From: a virus
Length of the DNA stretch: 64,000 bases
Reading direction: 5' to 3' (one strand)
Virus record (IMG/VR): IMGVR_UViG_3300032116_000032
Span: 64,001 to 128,000 of that record
Shown here piece by piece: positions 21,343 through 30,697 of the stretch. The notes beneath the pieces are model-generated. The model had not been told where the DNA came from, ran no database searches, and was given only the letters and a program-made list of their open reading frames with translations. Made by a program: the position numbers and the translations under genes. The stretch's first letter is position 1. Each line of letters opens with the position of its first letter.

Positions 21343-23421
21343 ATGGTAGAAAATTGTTATATATTATATTCTTGCGACGGAAGTTACGAACCGATCATTT
21401 CAAACTTTAGTGGGTTGAGCGCTTATTCGGCATCATACATCTCTGTAAATTCGATAGATTCAGTAACAATAGAGGAGACTTGTTTTTATGTGTTAAGTTT
21501 AGGTGTGATAGACTGTACCATAACAAACGAAATAACAATTTCAACAGGGATAACATGCAATTGTCAATGTTATTGTTATTTTATAAGATCTGTGGTTCAA
21601 ACAACTGATGTTACATATGTTAATTGTAATGATGAAATTATTGTCGATACTATCCAAGAAGGATTAACTTATAATATTTGTAGTAAAGTTTATCCACAGT
21701 TTGATAATCAAGTACAAATCCCAATTAAATTAACTGACATTTGTGTTGATAACCAATGTCCACCAACAATCCCAACTGTAAAACCAACAAACGAATGTGA
21801 TGTTATTACTATATTCCCTATGGGAGTTACTTGTATAACACAACAACCTTCATCAGAAAGAAATTTTGACGGGGCGGTTGAATTAGTTGTAACAGGAGGA
21901 ACGCCACCTTATACTATATTTTGGGAAGTTGGAAGTTTTGCGCCAGCACTTACTAATCTTGGTGTTGGAGAATACTCAGCATCTGTTACGGATTATTATG
22001 GTGATTTCTCAGCATTTACAACTTGTGTTTTAACTGCTGAAACTATAAATTATTCAGGTATGTGTTTTGTATTAACAGGTGTAGTAGAGGATCAGTTAGT
22101 ATACATTAATTCAGAAGTAAAAGGGTTTAAAAATACCAAACCATACTTTGAAATACAATATGGTGTAAATCTTTTGGGTTACGTTTTTTGGGACCCAAGT
22201 TCGTCGAATAAATGGTTTTTTTGTCAAACATTAGATTGTCAATTATCACCATATAATACACTTATATTACCTGATGGATTATATCCTACAGGAACAACAG
22301 GTGATTGGCAAGTTGTTTCAGACACACCGTATTTAATTGTTGAATCAACAATTGGTAATTGTTCGCCACCAACAATACCTAAAGAACAGTTTCCTCTTTG
22401 TGCAACAATAGTTTTAAGATCGACAAAACCTGGTTCTGCAACAATCACATCACAGGTCCAACTTGACCCAAGTGTCGAAATAAATGGAGAACCTAGTTGG
22501 TCATCATCAACAGATCAATATGTTGTATATTGGAATAGCGGATCAACACCTGCTCAGTGGGTTATGACAGGGTTTACTAACCCATCAACATTGGTTTCAA
22601 ATAATGATCCTTCATATCCGCCTGTAAGTAATTGGCAGGTTTATGGTTCACCTGAAGTTTATAGTGTTGATATTACACAAGGTGAATGTTCAGAATCATA
22701 CATTGTATTAGCGTCTGCAATTGTAAATGATGCTCTATGTGGAGACAATGGTAATATTACCGTAAGTGCTTCGGGAGGAGATGCACCATATCAATATTCA
22801 ATAGACGGAGGAATATCATATCAACCATCACCAATATTTAGTAATGTTTTACCAGGAACTTACAGTGTATTTGTAAAAGACGTAAACACAACAATAGGTT
22901 CGTTTGGACCAGTGGTAGTTAATAACATACCAACCACCATTTATAATGTAACAATGAATGTAAATTACAATAATAATACTTTTACGTTAACCGCACCATC
23001 GTTACCTGTTGGAGCTACCTTAACAGTGGACGTGGTTATGTCATCAGTATTCAATTATTACCCACAAAGTTTAAGTCCAATACCTACATATAATAATTTT
23101 ACAACTATTAATGGTGTAGGTCTTATGACAAACATTAATACGACAGCTAATACATATCCTTTAGGTGGACCTTGTAGTGTTCCTGGACCATTGAATAATA
23201 CTCAAATTAGTAATACGTATTTAAACACAATAACATTAACAAGCGGTCAAGTTGTTACAGGTAGTACTACAAATAGTATTATTAATGCTCCTGTTACATC
23301 TTGCTCAAATGCTTTAGGGTATTATACACTATCCATAGCTAATGCAATGATAAACAACTGTCAATGTTGTGATGCGAATCTAATTAATACGGTTCCACCA
23401 GCACCACAATCAGTTTTATAA
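21343..23421 (+). CDS. Cys-rich SprB-repeat virion protein (692 aa)
   Basis: DGAVELVVTGGTPPYTIFW...LGVGEYSASVTD and CGDNGNITVSASGGDAPYQYSIDGG...VLPGTYSVFVKD; many Cys; TATTTAT at 21327. Confidence 0.7.
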   Translation: MVENCYILYSCDGSYEPIISNFSGLSAYSASYISVNSIDSVTIEETCFYVLSLGVIDCTITNEITISTGITCNCQCYCYFIRSVVQTTDVTYVNCNDEIIVDTIQEGLTYNICSKVYPQFDNQVQIPIKLTDICVDNQCPPTIPTVKPTNECDVITIFPMGVTCITQQPSSERNFDGAVELVVTGGTPPYTIFWEVGSFAPALTNLGVGEYSASVTDYYGDFSAFTTCVLTAETINYSGMCFVLTGVVEDQLVYINSEVKGFKNTKPYFEIQYGVNLLGYVFWDPSSSNKWFFCQTLDCQLSPYNTLILPDGLYPTGTTGDWQVVSDTPYLIVESTIGNCSPPTIPKEQFPLCATIVLRSTKPGSATITSQVQLDPSVEINGEPSWSSSTDQYVVYWNSGSTPAQWVMTGFTNPSTLVSNNDPSYPPVSNWQVYGSPEVYSVDITQGECSESYIVLASAIVNDALCGDNGNITVSASGGDAPYQYSIDGGISYQPSPIFSNVLPGTYSVFVKDVNTTIGSFGPVVVNNIPTTIYNVTMNVNYNNNTFTLTAPSLPVGATLTVDVVMSSVFNYYPQSLSPIPTYNNFTTINGVGLMTNINTTANTYPLGGPCSVPGPLNNTQISNTYLNTITLTSGQVVTGSTTNSIINAPVTSCSNALGYYTLSIANAMINNCQCCDANLINTVPPAPQSVL

Positions 23422-23447
23422 ATTGAATATAAGAATATTTACAATAA

Positions 23448-25952
23448 ATGGCTTACATAATTAAAAATACATCTGGTTTAGTTAACACTCGTGTAACGGA
23501 TACAGGTAGACAAAAAATGTCTGAAGGTAATTTTAATATCTTGTACTTTGCAGTAGGGGATAGTGAAGTTTCATACAATGAATTACCATCAACATACAAT
23601 CAGGCTAATACTGTTGTATTAGAGCCACAGTTCAATGCGCAGAATAGTTCAGGTGTTCCTGAGTCAAATAGACAGTACATCAAATATCCATATTTAGTTG
23701 ATGAGGGACAAACAAACATATATGGTATTCCTTTTATGGATTCAGGTATTGAATCTGTTTATAATAGAGCAGCCATGAGAGGATTTTTCACAGGAAATAC
23801 AACAGCGTCTACTATAGATTGGAAAGCATTAGTTAACAACACATATGTTATCACACCAAATTATGTAGTTAATATGTCTACGTTGAACGGAACAAATCAA
23901 ATAAGTGTACAAAGAATGGACTGTAACGTTCAAAATAATAATACACCTAATGTTGGAGATTTTATAACAATATATTACGATGGAAGGGCAGAAACTGATT
24001 GTTCTTGTACTAATTTCCCTACACCAACACCTACACCTTCATTGTATAGTACACCAACACCTACACCAACACCAACAGGTACAAATTCAATACCATGTGC
24101 TTCACCAACACCAACACCTTCACCAACGCATACACCATGTTTAACACCAACACCAAGTGCTCAATGTCCCGTACCACCACCACCTGATTGTTTGAAAGAT
24201 GTGGTAAGTTGTTTTTCAATTTTAACTTATAGAATTGTTGAAGTTTGTGGTGATGTTTTAACGTTAGATAGAGAGACACCTGATTTTACAAATTTATCTA
24301 TTGATTGTTGGGCGAGAACATTAATTTATCCACCACAGATGGTTCCTTTGTATGATAGTTTTACACCTGAACCACATTGGAGTAAAAGTGTGATTGACTT
24401 CGAATCGGTTTGTGATACTGATCAGTTTGATGTTAAAATATGGAATATGAACATTCCTTGGACTGAGAGTCCTGCTGGTTTAGCGTCGGCTCAATTTCAA
24501 GACTATACAAAATTTGGTTCTATTAATTATATAGGACAAAAAGAATATTTTGGATACACTTCATCTGATGGTCAAACATCTACGGACGATGTGTATTACT
24601 ACAATTCTTTTGGTGAAAAAATTGTAGTTACACCTGAAGAACAAAAAACTATAGCAATTATACACTATACTAACCAAACCATTGATTTCTTCTATGGTGA
24701 AAAATTTGCATTAGAACCATACGACACTCAAAACCCTGAGAACACCCAAGGTCAAGCAAGAAATTTCAAGTTACATATGCCAACAATAATGTGGCATAAA
24801 AATCCTGAATGTTGTTTTGGACAAACGTTTTGGGTTGATCCTCCTGGATTTGACAATCAAAATTTATTTCAAGTTCAATATACTAAATCTAAGATTTCAC
24901 AACAAATGAATCAACCTGGACTTAGGTATTATAATCTTTGGGATACATTTGCACAACCTAATGGTCAACCAAGTAGAGTAGGTAAAGTTTACCCCGATTC
25001 AAAACTAATTGTTATTGACGACGAAGAATTGGTGGCCGCTCTATCATATAAATCAAATAGAAACTGGACATTACCGGCACCACAAGTGTCTTTAATAACA
25101 CCAAACACGTGTGGAACTTCAAATACTACAGGTGTTTTGACAGGAGGAGGAGAAACACTTTGGGTGACTTATAGATTATCAAATTCAAACACATTTACAA
25201 ATTCATTACATAGTAATTACTACACAAGTGTCGTTGGAACTGAAAATGTCTGTTCACCTGAAACACCAAAGAATGTTGCAATTAGATTTGGTGGAGATTT
25301 CCCATGTTTAGTACAACCTGGATTCTCACCAACAACTACAACCACAACATTTAATCCTGTAACCACATCAACAACTACAATTAATCCACCATATACAACA
25401 ACTACAACAACTCAGTGTCCTGTATGTACTGTTCCTGCTGGATTCTACGCACAACAGTTCCAAGTATTGGCTCAAAAAACATTATCGGGAGTAAGACCTG
25501 ATCCGGCACAATGGAGGTTAATTGATTTTACAAGTCAAATTGAACAATACTTCATTAATGGTTATGTAACGCAAGAATCTTTAACTGCAACTACTTTTGT
25601 TGTGACTGCAGAAAATTATGGAAGTGCACCTATATACAATCTAAACAATTACATAAGTTTAGTTCCTAATGGTGCTACAGGACAACAATTAAATTTTGGT
25701 GATGAATACTATTTCTACGGTAATTTAGAAACCGACATTCAAGCAACATTGTATGAGATGAAATATAAAATTAACTTAAGTGATAATGAATTCTTACTCT
25801 CTCAAAACCCAACTTGGACCCAAGGAACACCATCTTATGTTACAGAAATCGCTCTTTTAGATGAAAATAAAGATGTTTTAGTTATGTCTAAAATGCAATC
25901 ACCTATCTTAAGACAAGGAATTCAACAGTACGTTATCAAATTAGATTTCTAA
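23448..25952 (+). CDS. Tail collar/fibre-attachment protein (DUF3751/P2 gpH N-terminal-like) with PT and poly-Thr linkers
   Basis: N-terminal VTDTGRQKMSEGNFNILYFAVGDSEV and C-terminal VTEIALLDENKDVLVMSKMQSPI; TATTTAC upstream. Confidence 0.55.
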   Translation: MAYIIKNTSGLVNTRVTDTGRQKMSEGNFNILYFAVGDSEVSYNELPSTYNQANTVVLEPQFNAQNSSGVPESNRQYIKYPYLVDEGQTNIYGIPFMDSGIESVYNRAAMRGFFTGNTTASTIDWKALVNNTYVITPNYVVNMSTLNGTNQISVQRMDCNVQNNNTPNVGDFITIYYDGRAETDCSCTNFPTPTPTPSLYSTPTPTPTPTGTNSIPCASPTPTPSPTHTPCLTPTPSAQCPVPPPPDCLKDVVSCFSILTYRIVEVCGDVLTLDRETPDFTNLSIDCWARTLIYPPQMVPLYDSFTPEPHWSKSVIDFESVCDTDQFDVKIWNMNIPWTESPAGLASAQFQDYTKFGSINYIGQKEYFGYTSSDGQTSTDDVYYYNSFGEKIVVTPEEQKTIAIIHYTNQTIDFFYGEKFALEPYDTQNPENTQGQARNFKLHMPTIMWHKNPECCFGQTFWVDPPGFDNQNLFQVQYTKSKISQQMNQPGLRYYNLWDTFAQPNGQPSRVGKVYPDSKLIVIDDEELVAALSYKSNRNWTLPAPQVSLITPNTCGTSNTTGVLTGGGETLWVTYRLSNSNTFTNSLHSNYYTSVVGTENVCSPETPKNVAIRFGGDFPCLVQPGFSPTTTTTTFNPVTTSTTTINPPYTTTTTTQCPVCTVPAGFYAQQFQVLAQKTLSGVRPDPAQWRLIDFTSQIEQYFINGYVTQESLTATTFVVTAENYGSAPIYNLNNYISLVPNGATGQQLNFGDEYYFYGNLETDIQATLYEMKYKINLSDNEFLLSQNPTWTQGTPSYVTEIALLDENKDVLVMSKMQSPILRQGIQQYVIKLDF
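24018..24186 (+). repeat. Pro-Thr coding repeat (mucin/extensin-like linker)
   Basis: PTPTPTPSLYSTPTPTPTPT...PTPTPSPTHTP...PVPPPP. Confidence 0.9.
25331..25412 (+). repeat. Poly-Thr coding tract
   Basis: TTTTTTFNPVTTSTTTINPPYTTTTTT. Confidence 0.9.
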
Positions 25953-26006
25953 TAAAACTACAATTTTTATCTTCATAGTTTATAATATAAATAAAATAAT
26001 AGTTTT

Positions 26007-26615
26007 ATGGCAAAAAATTTAAAAAACTCCCCCAAAGTTTTGGGTCTTGATATTTCCACAAAAACCATAGGGTGGGCATTGTTTGATATTAAAACACAAG
26101 AATTACTTGAATTAACTCACATCTCACCAAGACCAAAAATGGAAAAAGATGAGGATGATAAATTAAAAGAATTATTGTTGAAATCAGAAATATTTGCCGA
26201 AAAACTTAAACAATATAAAGATTTAGGAATTGTTAGAATTATCATAGAAGAACCACTTTTGAATTCTAATAACATTTATACAATACAAACACTATTAAGA
26301 TTTAATAGTTTTGTGTTTAAAGAAATCTATAATATAATGGGAATTGTTCCTGAATTTATTTCAACTTACAACTCAAGAAAATTTGCATTCCCAGATTTAG
26401 TTCAAGAAAACGATAAGAAAAAATTTGTATTATTTGGTGGATTACCAAAAGACGTGGATAAGAAAATGATCATTTGGGAAAAAGTTGCAAAAAGAGAACC
26501 CCAAATTACATGGCATTATACAAAAAACAATACATTAAAGAAAGAAAATTTTGATCAAACAGACGCCTATACTTGTGTTTTAGGATTTATGAGATCAAAA
26601 GAAATTTGGAAATAA
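26007..26615 (+). CDS. RuvC-like Holliday junction resolvase (RNase H fold)
   Basis: VLGLDISTKTIGWALFD, IIIEEP and FDQTDAY give the D-E-D-D catalytic pattern. Confidence 0.75.
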   Translation: MAKNLKNSPKVLGLDISTKTIGWALFDIKTQELLELTHISPRPKMEKDEDDKLKELLLKSEIFAEKLKQYKDLGIVRIIIEEPLLNSNNIYTIQTLLRFNSFVFKEIYNIMGIVPEFISTYNSRKFAFPDLVQENDKKKFVLFGGLPKDVDKKMIIWEKVAKREPQITWHYTKNNTLKKENFDQTDAYTCVLGFMRSKEIWK

Positions 26616-26640
26616 TATCTTTTATATAACCGATAATTTG

Positions 26641-26670
26641 AAATATCGTCTTTTTAGACGATATTTTTTT
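26641..26670. terminator. Bidirectional intrinsic terminator between convergent genes
   Basis: AAATATCGTCT-TTT-AGACGATATTT hairpin followed by a T run. Confidence 0.65.
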
Positions 26671-26673
26671 TTA

Positions 26674-27927
26674 TTAACAAATTGCGCCTGTATCTGTAGC
26701 GGTAAAGTTAGGTGAAGTTGACGTTGGAATTGTAATTGAACAAACGTAAACGGATGTATAACCGTTTAATCCACCTGTAGATACTGTTCCATCACACTCG
26801 TAGTAGTCATATTTAACAAAACTTGGACTATTATTCTCAACGTACCATCTTGTAAGGATACAAGGAGGTAAAGTTGTAGTTGTGGTTGTAGTACTTGTTG
26901 ATGTTGTGGTCGTAGTTGGTTGTATATTAGAAAAACAAGCTAAACAAGAACCATCAACTCTTGAACCTATTTCAGTTAATAATACAACTGTGTCAACCCC
27001 ACTTATGTTTTCAAACAAACCTTCAAATGTAACACAAGTTTGTTGACCGTTAATTTCTGCAAAATATACGTAATTTTCTAAAGGAGTATTTCCTGAAATT
27101 AAAACTAAATCTGAAGTATAATAATCTACACCATTGAAACAATCACTAAATCTTTTACTATTAGCACATTGAATTACTTCAGTAAACGTATTGAATATAA
27201 CTTCGCCTGAAAAATTACAAGGATAGTTAATAGTTGTTGTGGTAGTCGTTGTTGGTGCTATTGTGGTTGTAGTTGTGGTATATGTGACCGCAATAGCCGT
27301 AATTGACTTTCCACTACAAGGATTAGGAAGTACTGTTGTCGTAGTAGTCGTTGTGGGGGCTGCTGTAGTTGTTGTAGTTGTTGTAGGAACTAAACAATCA
27401 AAAATGGCGCTAAAATCAAATGTAGCACATGGATCCACAGTTGTGGTTGTTGTTACACAAATTCCGGTATACGCTACCGTGTCGTCAAAATCAGGACAAT
27501 CTGATGTGCTTCCAAAAGGACCAAACTGATCACATGGGTCACCTAAGTTTTGTGCTAAACACCATCTTGTTTCACCTGTTGAATAAAACATGAAATATCC
27601 GGTGGTTTGACCTGTAAAATAAGATTCACCATCGTAAATTCCTGCTAACTGATAAGTGTCATCATAATTAGTGTCGTTTTCAACACAAAAAAACTGAGGA
27701 CAAGTACAACCTGAACTACCAATAATTGTACCTGAACCATCTATATCATATACATCTATACCATCTGAATAGTATGATAGTAATGCTGGACTACTACATA
27801 TTGAGTCTAAATAAACAATGTCACCTACAGTTAAACCACTACCATAAAGAGTAAAACTCAAAGTAGATCCACAGGAACTGTTAGGGTCTGAGGCGGATGA
27901 AAATAAACCTAAATTATTACAAGACAT
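26674..27927 (-). CDS. Cys-rich, poly-Thr (mucin-like) putative virion decoration/fibre protein
   Basis: Cys-paired modules separated by four poly-Thr tracts; co-transcribed with 27929-28150. Confidence 0.65.
   Translation of the reverse strand: MSCNNLGLFSSASDPNSSCGSTLSFTLYGSGLTVGDIVYLDSICSSPALLSYYSDGIDVYDIDGSGTIIGSSGCTCPQFFCVENDTNYDDTYQLAGIYDGESYFTGQTTGYFMFYSTGETRWCLAQNLGDPCDQFGPFGSTSDCPDFDDTVAYTGICVTTTTTVDPCATFDFSAIFDCLVPTTTTTTTAAPTTTTTTTVLPNPCSGKSITAIAVTYTTTTTTIAPTTTTTTTINYPCNFSGEVIFNTFTEVIQCANSKRFSDCFNGVDYYTSDLVLISGNTPLENYVYFAEINGQQTCVTFEGLFENISGVDTVVLLTEIGSRVDGSCLACFSNIQPTTTTTSTSTTTTTTTLPPCILTRWYVENNSPSFVKYDYYECDGTVSTGGLNGYTSVYVCSITIPTSTSPNFTATDTGAIC
26872..27455 (-). repeat. Cluster of poly-Thr coding tracts
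   Basis: TTTTT, PTTTTTTTAAPTTTTTTT, TTTTTTIAPTTTTTTT, PTTTTTSTSTTTTTTT. Confidence 0.9.
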
Positions 27928-27928
27928 A

Positions 27929-28150
27929 TTATATCAACAAATTTTCTTCAACCAAACAATTATTACTATCAACTGATTTTACACCTACCGAACCCATACC
28001 TTCTAAAATATACGGAAGATCAAAAACATATGGGATTTGACCCGATGTTATTGTATCTATGTAAATACAAGTTGTGTAACCTGTATCACATGTGTAAATG
28101 TCAAAAGGTGAAGAACCGCTTAAACCAGTAATTGTAATTTGTGTTGGCAT
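27929..28150 (-). CDS. Small Cys-containing tail-associated protein; paralog of 17021-17317
   Basis: Shared MP(S/T)Q(V/I)TI...PF...CD....C.YI pattern; minus-strand TATTTAT at 28158-28164. Confidence 0.65.
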   Translation of the reverse strand: MPTQITITGLSGSSPFDIYTCDTGYTTCIYIDTITSGQIPYVFDLPYILEGMGSVGVKSVDSNNCLVEENLLI

Positions 28151-28189
28151 ATCAACAATAAATATAAAAGAACATGAAAGTTTGTGTAG

Positions 28190-28220
28190 TTGATGTATTG
28201 AAAGTTTATGATTATATTAT
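28190..28220 (+). promoter_or_regulatory. Bacteroidota-type promoter variant upstream of primase
   Basis: TTG-N20-TATATTAT. Confidence 0.4.
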
Positions 28221-28225
28221 AGGAG

Positions 28226-29125
28226 ATGGAAGAAAATGAAGCGTTAGTTGAGTTATTGGAGGAAGTTCTTGGTGATCACGGACTTCATTACCCCAATCGG
28301 GGACAAATTTCCTTCAACTGCCCCGTATGTGATGACGGTAGAAATAAACATAATATGGAGGTCAATTACATAGATAATGTCTATAAGTGTTGGTCCTGCG
28401 GTGATAGTGAGGGTACGCACGGAGCATTAGGTAGAATTTTTGATAAATACGGAAATAAAAAACAAAAAAAACTTTATAATGTTCTAAAACCTGAAACCGT
28501 TGTAAAGAGAGAAAAAAAGAAAAAAACGATGAAACTCCCTGAGGGTTTTACGTTGTTCAAAGACTCAAGTCCGGTATATCCTGTGAGAAGACAAGCCATG
28601 AATTATCTTAAAAATCGTGGGATCACAGACGAGATGATAGAAAAGTTTGGTATTGGATTTTGTGATAAAGGGGATCATGCTGGTCGAATTGTAATCCCAT
28701 CATACAATACAAAAGGTGAGTTGAATTATTATATTGCGAGAAGTTGGAACCCAATGTCTCGTGCTAAATATAAAAATCCTGAAGCCGAAAAAGACAAAAT
28801 TATATTTTGGGAAAATCTAATTGATTGGAACAAAGACATTTATTTGGTGGAAGGTGCGTTCGATGGGTTATTCGTAGATAACCCAATTCCAATGTTAGGT
28901 AAACACATGTCAGAACTTTTGTTTGAGACGATATACAAAAAGGCAAAGGCTGATATAATTATTTGTTTAGATGCTGATGCTTGGGAAAACGCAGTTAAAC
29001 TATACCACGAATTACATGGTGGTGAATTATGGGGTAGAATTAAAATAATAAAACTACCTGACGATAAAGATATTGCCGACCTACGAGGTGAAATAAAAGA
29101 AGAATACTATCATATTATAAGATAA
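28226..29125 (+). CDS. DNA primase (Zn-finger + TOPRIM)
   Basis: CPVCDD...YKCWSCG Zn domain; YYIARS, IYLVEGAFD, IICLDADA, DKDIAD. Confidence 0.85.
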   Translation: MEENEALVELLEEVLGDHGLHYPNRGQISFNCPVCDDGRNKHNMEVNYIDNVYKCWSCGDSEGTHGALGRIFDKYGNKKQKKLYNVLKPETVVKREKKKKTMKLPEGFTLFKDSSPVYPVRRQAMNYLKNRGITDEMIEKFGIGFCDKGDHAGRIVIPSYNTKGELNYYIARSWNPMSRAKYKNPEAEKDKIIFWENLIDWNKDIYLVEGAFDGLFVDNPIPMLGKHMSELLFETIYKKAKADIIICLDADAWENAVKLYHELHGGELWGRIKIIKLPDDKDIADLRGEIKEEYYHIIR

Positions 29126-29988
29126 TGGATTTAAAAAAAATTGCACAAGAAATTAGGGACATCATTTCTGAAAGACAAAAAGAGTTCCAACTTACCTTTG
29201 AAGAGGAAAGTCACAAATATACAATGTTGGATAAAGATGGAAATTTAAAATCAGATTTTCCATCGGTATCTAAAGTTATGAAAATATTTTATGACGACTT
29301 TCCAACGGAACAAGCGGCGTATAACAAAGCCGGTGGTGATCCTGATGAGGCCGAAAGATTAATGGAAGAGTGGGCGGAAGCCGGTAGAAAATCAACAAAC
29401 TTGGGATCTCGTTGTCACTTCTTTTTGGAAGAACATACACTAAAAGAATTTGGAGTTGAGAAAATTGTACGACAACCAATATTTGATTGTGATGCAGAAC
29501 AGATCATTAAGAGTGATACTATGATTATGGCTGGTAAGCATTACATAGAACTTCTTAAAGAAAGAGGATGTATATTAATTGATACAGAAATGGTTTTAGG
29601 TCATCCTGACTTAGGTTATACAGGACAACCCGATAAGGTGTGGTTAGTCATTGGAACAAACGGGAATCTTGGTATTTTAATAACGGATTGGAAATCTAAC
29701 AAACCAAAGAATTTTGCGGTTACCCGTTATACTAAAAAAATGAAACAACCATTTGAAGACTTACCTGATAATGCTTTAGGTCACTACAATACCCAGTTAC
29801 CTTTTTATGGTAAGTTACTTTTGAAAATGTTAGAAGGAACTAAATATGAAAACATACAACTATTAGGTTGTATTATCGTTTTGATTACTGAAGAAAGAGA
29901 GTACCATGAGTACCGAGTATCCAAAAAAACGATGAATACTATTTTAGAAATGGACATGAAACAATATTTGACTAAAATTAATAAATAA
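29125..29988 (+). CDS. PD-(D/E)XK exonuclease (Cas4/Exo-like)
   Basis: PSVSKV, GSRCHFFLE, DTE, GQPDKVW, ITDWKSNK, HYNTQLPFY. Confidence 0.75.
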   Translation: MDLKKIAQEIRDIISERQKEFQLTFEEESHKYTMLDKDGNLKSDFPSVSKVMKIFYDDFPTEQAAYNKAGGDPDEAERLMEEWAEAGRKSTNLGSRCHFFLEEHTLKEFGVEKIVRQPIFDCDAEQIIKSDTMIMAGKHYIELLKERGCILIDTEMVLGHPDLGYTGQPDKVWLVIGTNGNLGILITDWKSNKPKNFAVTRYTKKMKQPFEDLPDNALGHYNTQLPFYGKLLLKMLEGTKYENIQLLGCIIVLITEEREYHEYRVSKKTMNTILEMDMKQYLTKINK

Positions 29989-29998
29989 ACTATTATTG
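29968..29998 (+). promoter_or_regulatory. Bacteroidota-type promoter variant
   Basis: TTG-N20-TATTATTG. Confidence 0.45.
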
Positions 29999-30001
29999 AG
30001 T

Positions 30002-30094
30002 ATGACACTAACAATAACACCTACTTGGGTAACAACAACTAGTTGGGACCAATTATTACCTATTAAAGTAAAAATAAACTATATTATAAAATAA
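30002..30094 (+). CDS. Small hypothetical peptide (30 aa)
   Basis: MTLTITPTWVTTTSWDQLLPIKVKINYIIK; follows a promoter-like element and abuts the next gene. Confidence 0.35.
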   Translation: MTLTITPTWVTTTSWDQLLPIKVKINYIIK

Positions 30095-30096
30095 AA

Positions 30097-30312
30097 ATGG
30101 ACGATATTATTAAACCAAAGATTGATCTTAGACAACAACAGACAATCAAATGTGAAAAATGCGAGTCAAAGTTCTTCAAAGAAGTAACAATGCTTAAGAA
30201 AGTACCTAAATTATTAACAGGAAGTCACGAAGACACAATTGTACCATTCCCAACTTATATGTGTAATGAGTGTGGTCACGTAAACGAAGACTTTGAATTA
30301 TTCATAGACTAA
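30097..30312 (+). CDS. Zn-ribbon protein
   Basis: CEKC...CNECGH. Confidence 0.7.
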   Translation: MDDIIKPKIDLRQQQTIKCEKCESKFFKEVTMLKKVPKLLTGSHEDTIVPFPTYMCNECGHVNEDFELFID

Positions 30313-30458
30313 TGGAAATAGGTAAAATGACTATCAGTGAAGCAGAACCATACTTAGAAAGTATTGCAATGCTTTATGGATTAAACTTGGGTAAAGTTAA
30401 ACACTTCAAATTTGCAAGAATGATTTTGGCAACCCTTTATTGTAGAGAAAACGCATGA
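30312..30458 (+). CDS. Small hypothetical protein (48 aa), not in the ORF track
   Basis: TAATG/ATGA coupling on both sides; MEIGKMTISEAEPYLESIAMLYG... Confidence 0.55.
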   Translation: MEIGKMTISEAEPYLESIAMLYGLNLGKVKHFKFARMILATLYCRENA

Positions 30459-30697
30459 CATACAAAGAATTTTACTATTGGTTAGATGGTTATTTGACCA
30501 ATAAGCTTGAAAGTGAAAAACTAAATATCGCACCTATAATTGAAAAGATGGGTCAAGTAAAAGAGGAAAGAACTAAAAGCGATTTATTACCTTTCCAACA
30601 CATACCAGTACCGATTAATCCATTCCCCGTCCAAGATGATCCCTACAGACCACCATACGAAGTATATTGCGGAGACAAAACACAATTGAATGATTAA
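30455..30697 (+). CDS. Hypothetical phage protein
   Basis: MTYKEFYYWLDGYL N-terminus; translationally coupled. Confidence 0.6.
   Translation: MTYKEFYYWLDGYLTNKLESEKLNIAPIIEKMGQVKEERTKSDLLPFQHIPVPINPFPVQDDPYRPPYEVYCGDKTQLND

Noticed and set aside
26007-26615. RuvC domain as TnpB/Cas12 or a transposase
   Set aside because: Only 202 aa, no Zn ribbon or REC/WED region, no IS ends; fits a stand-alone resolvase.
27239-27529. Plus-strand poly-Val ORF
   Set aside because: Antisense of poly-Thr codons in the minus-strand gene.
29125-29988. Cas4 as evidence for a CRISPR-Cas system
   Set aside because: Generic PD-(D/E)XK nuclease next to primase; no Fe-S Cys cluster pattern, cas1/cas2 or array.
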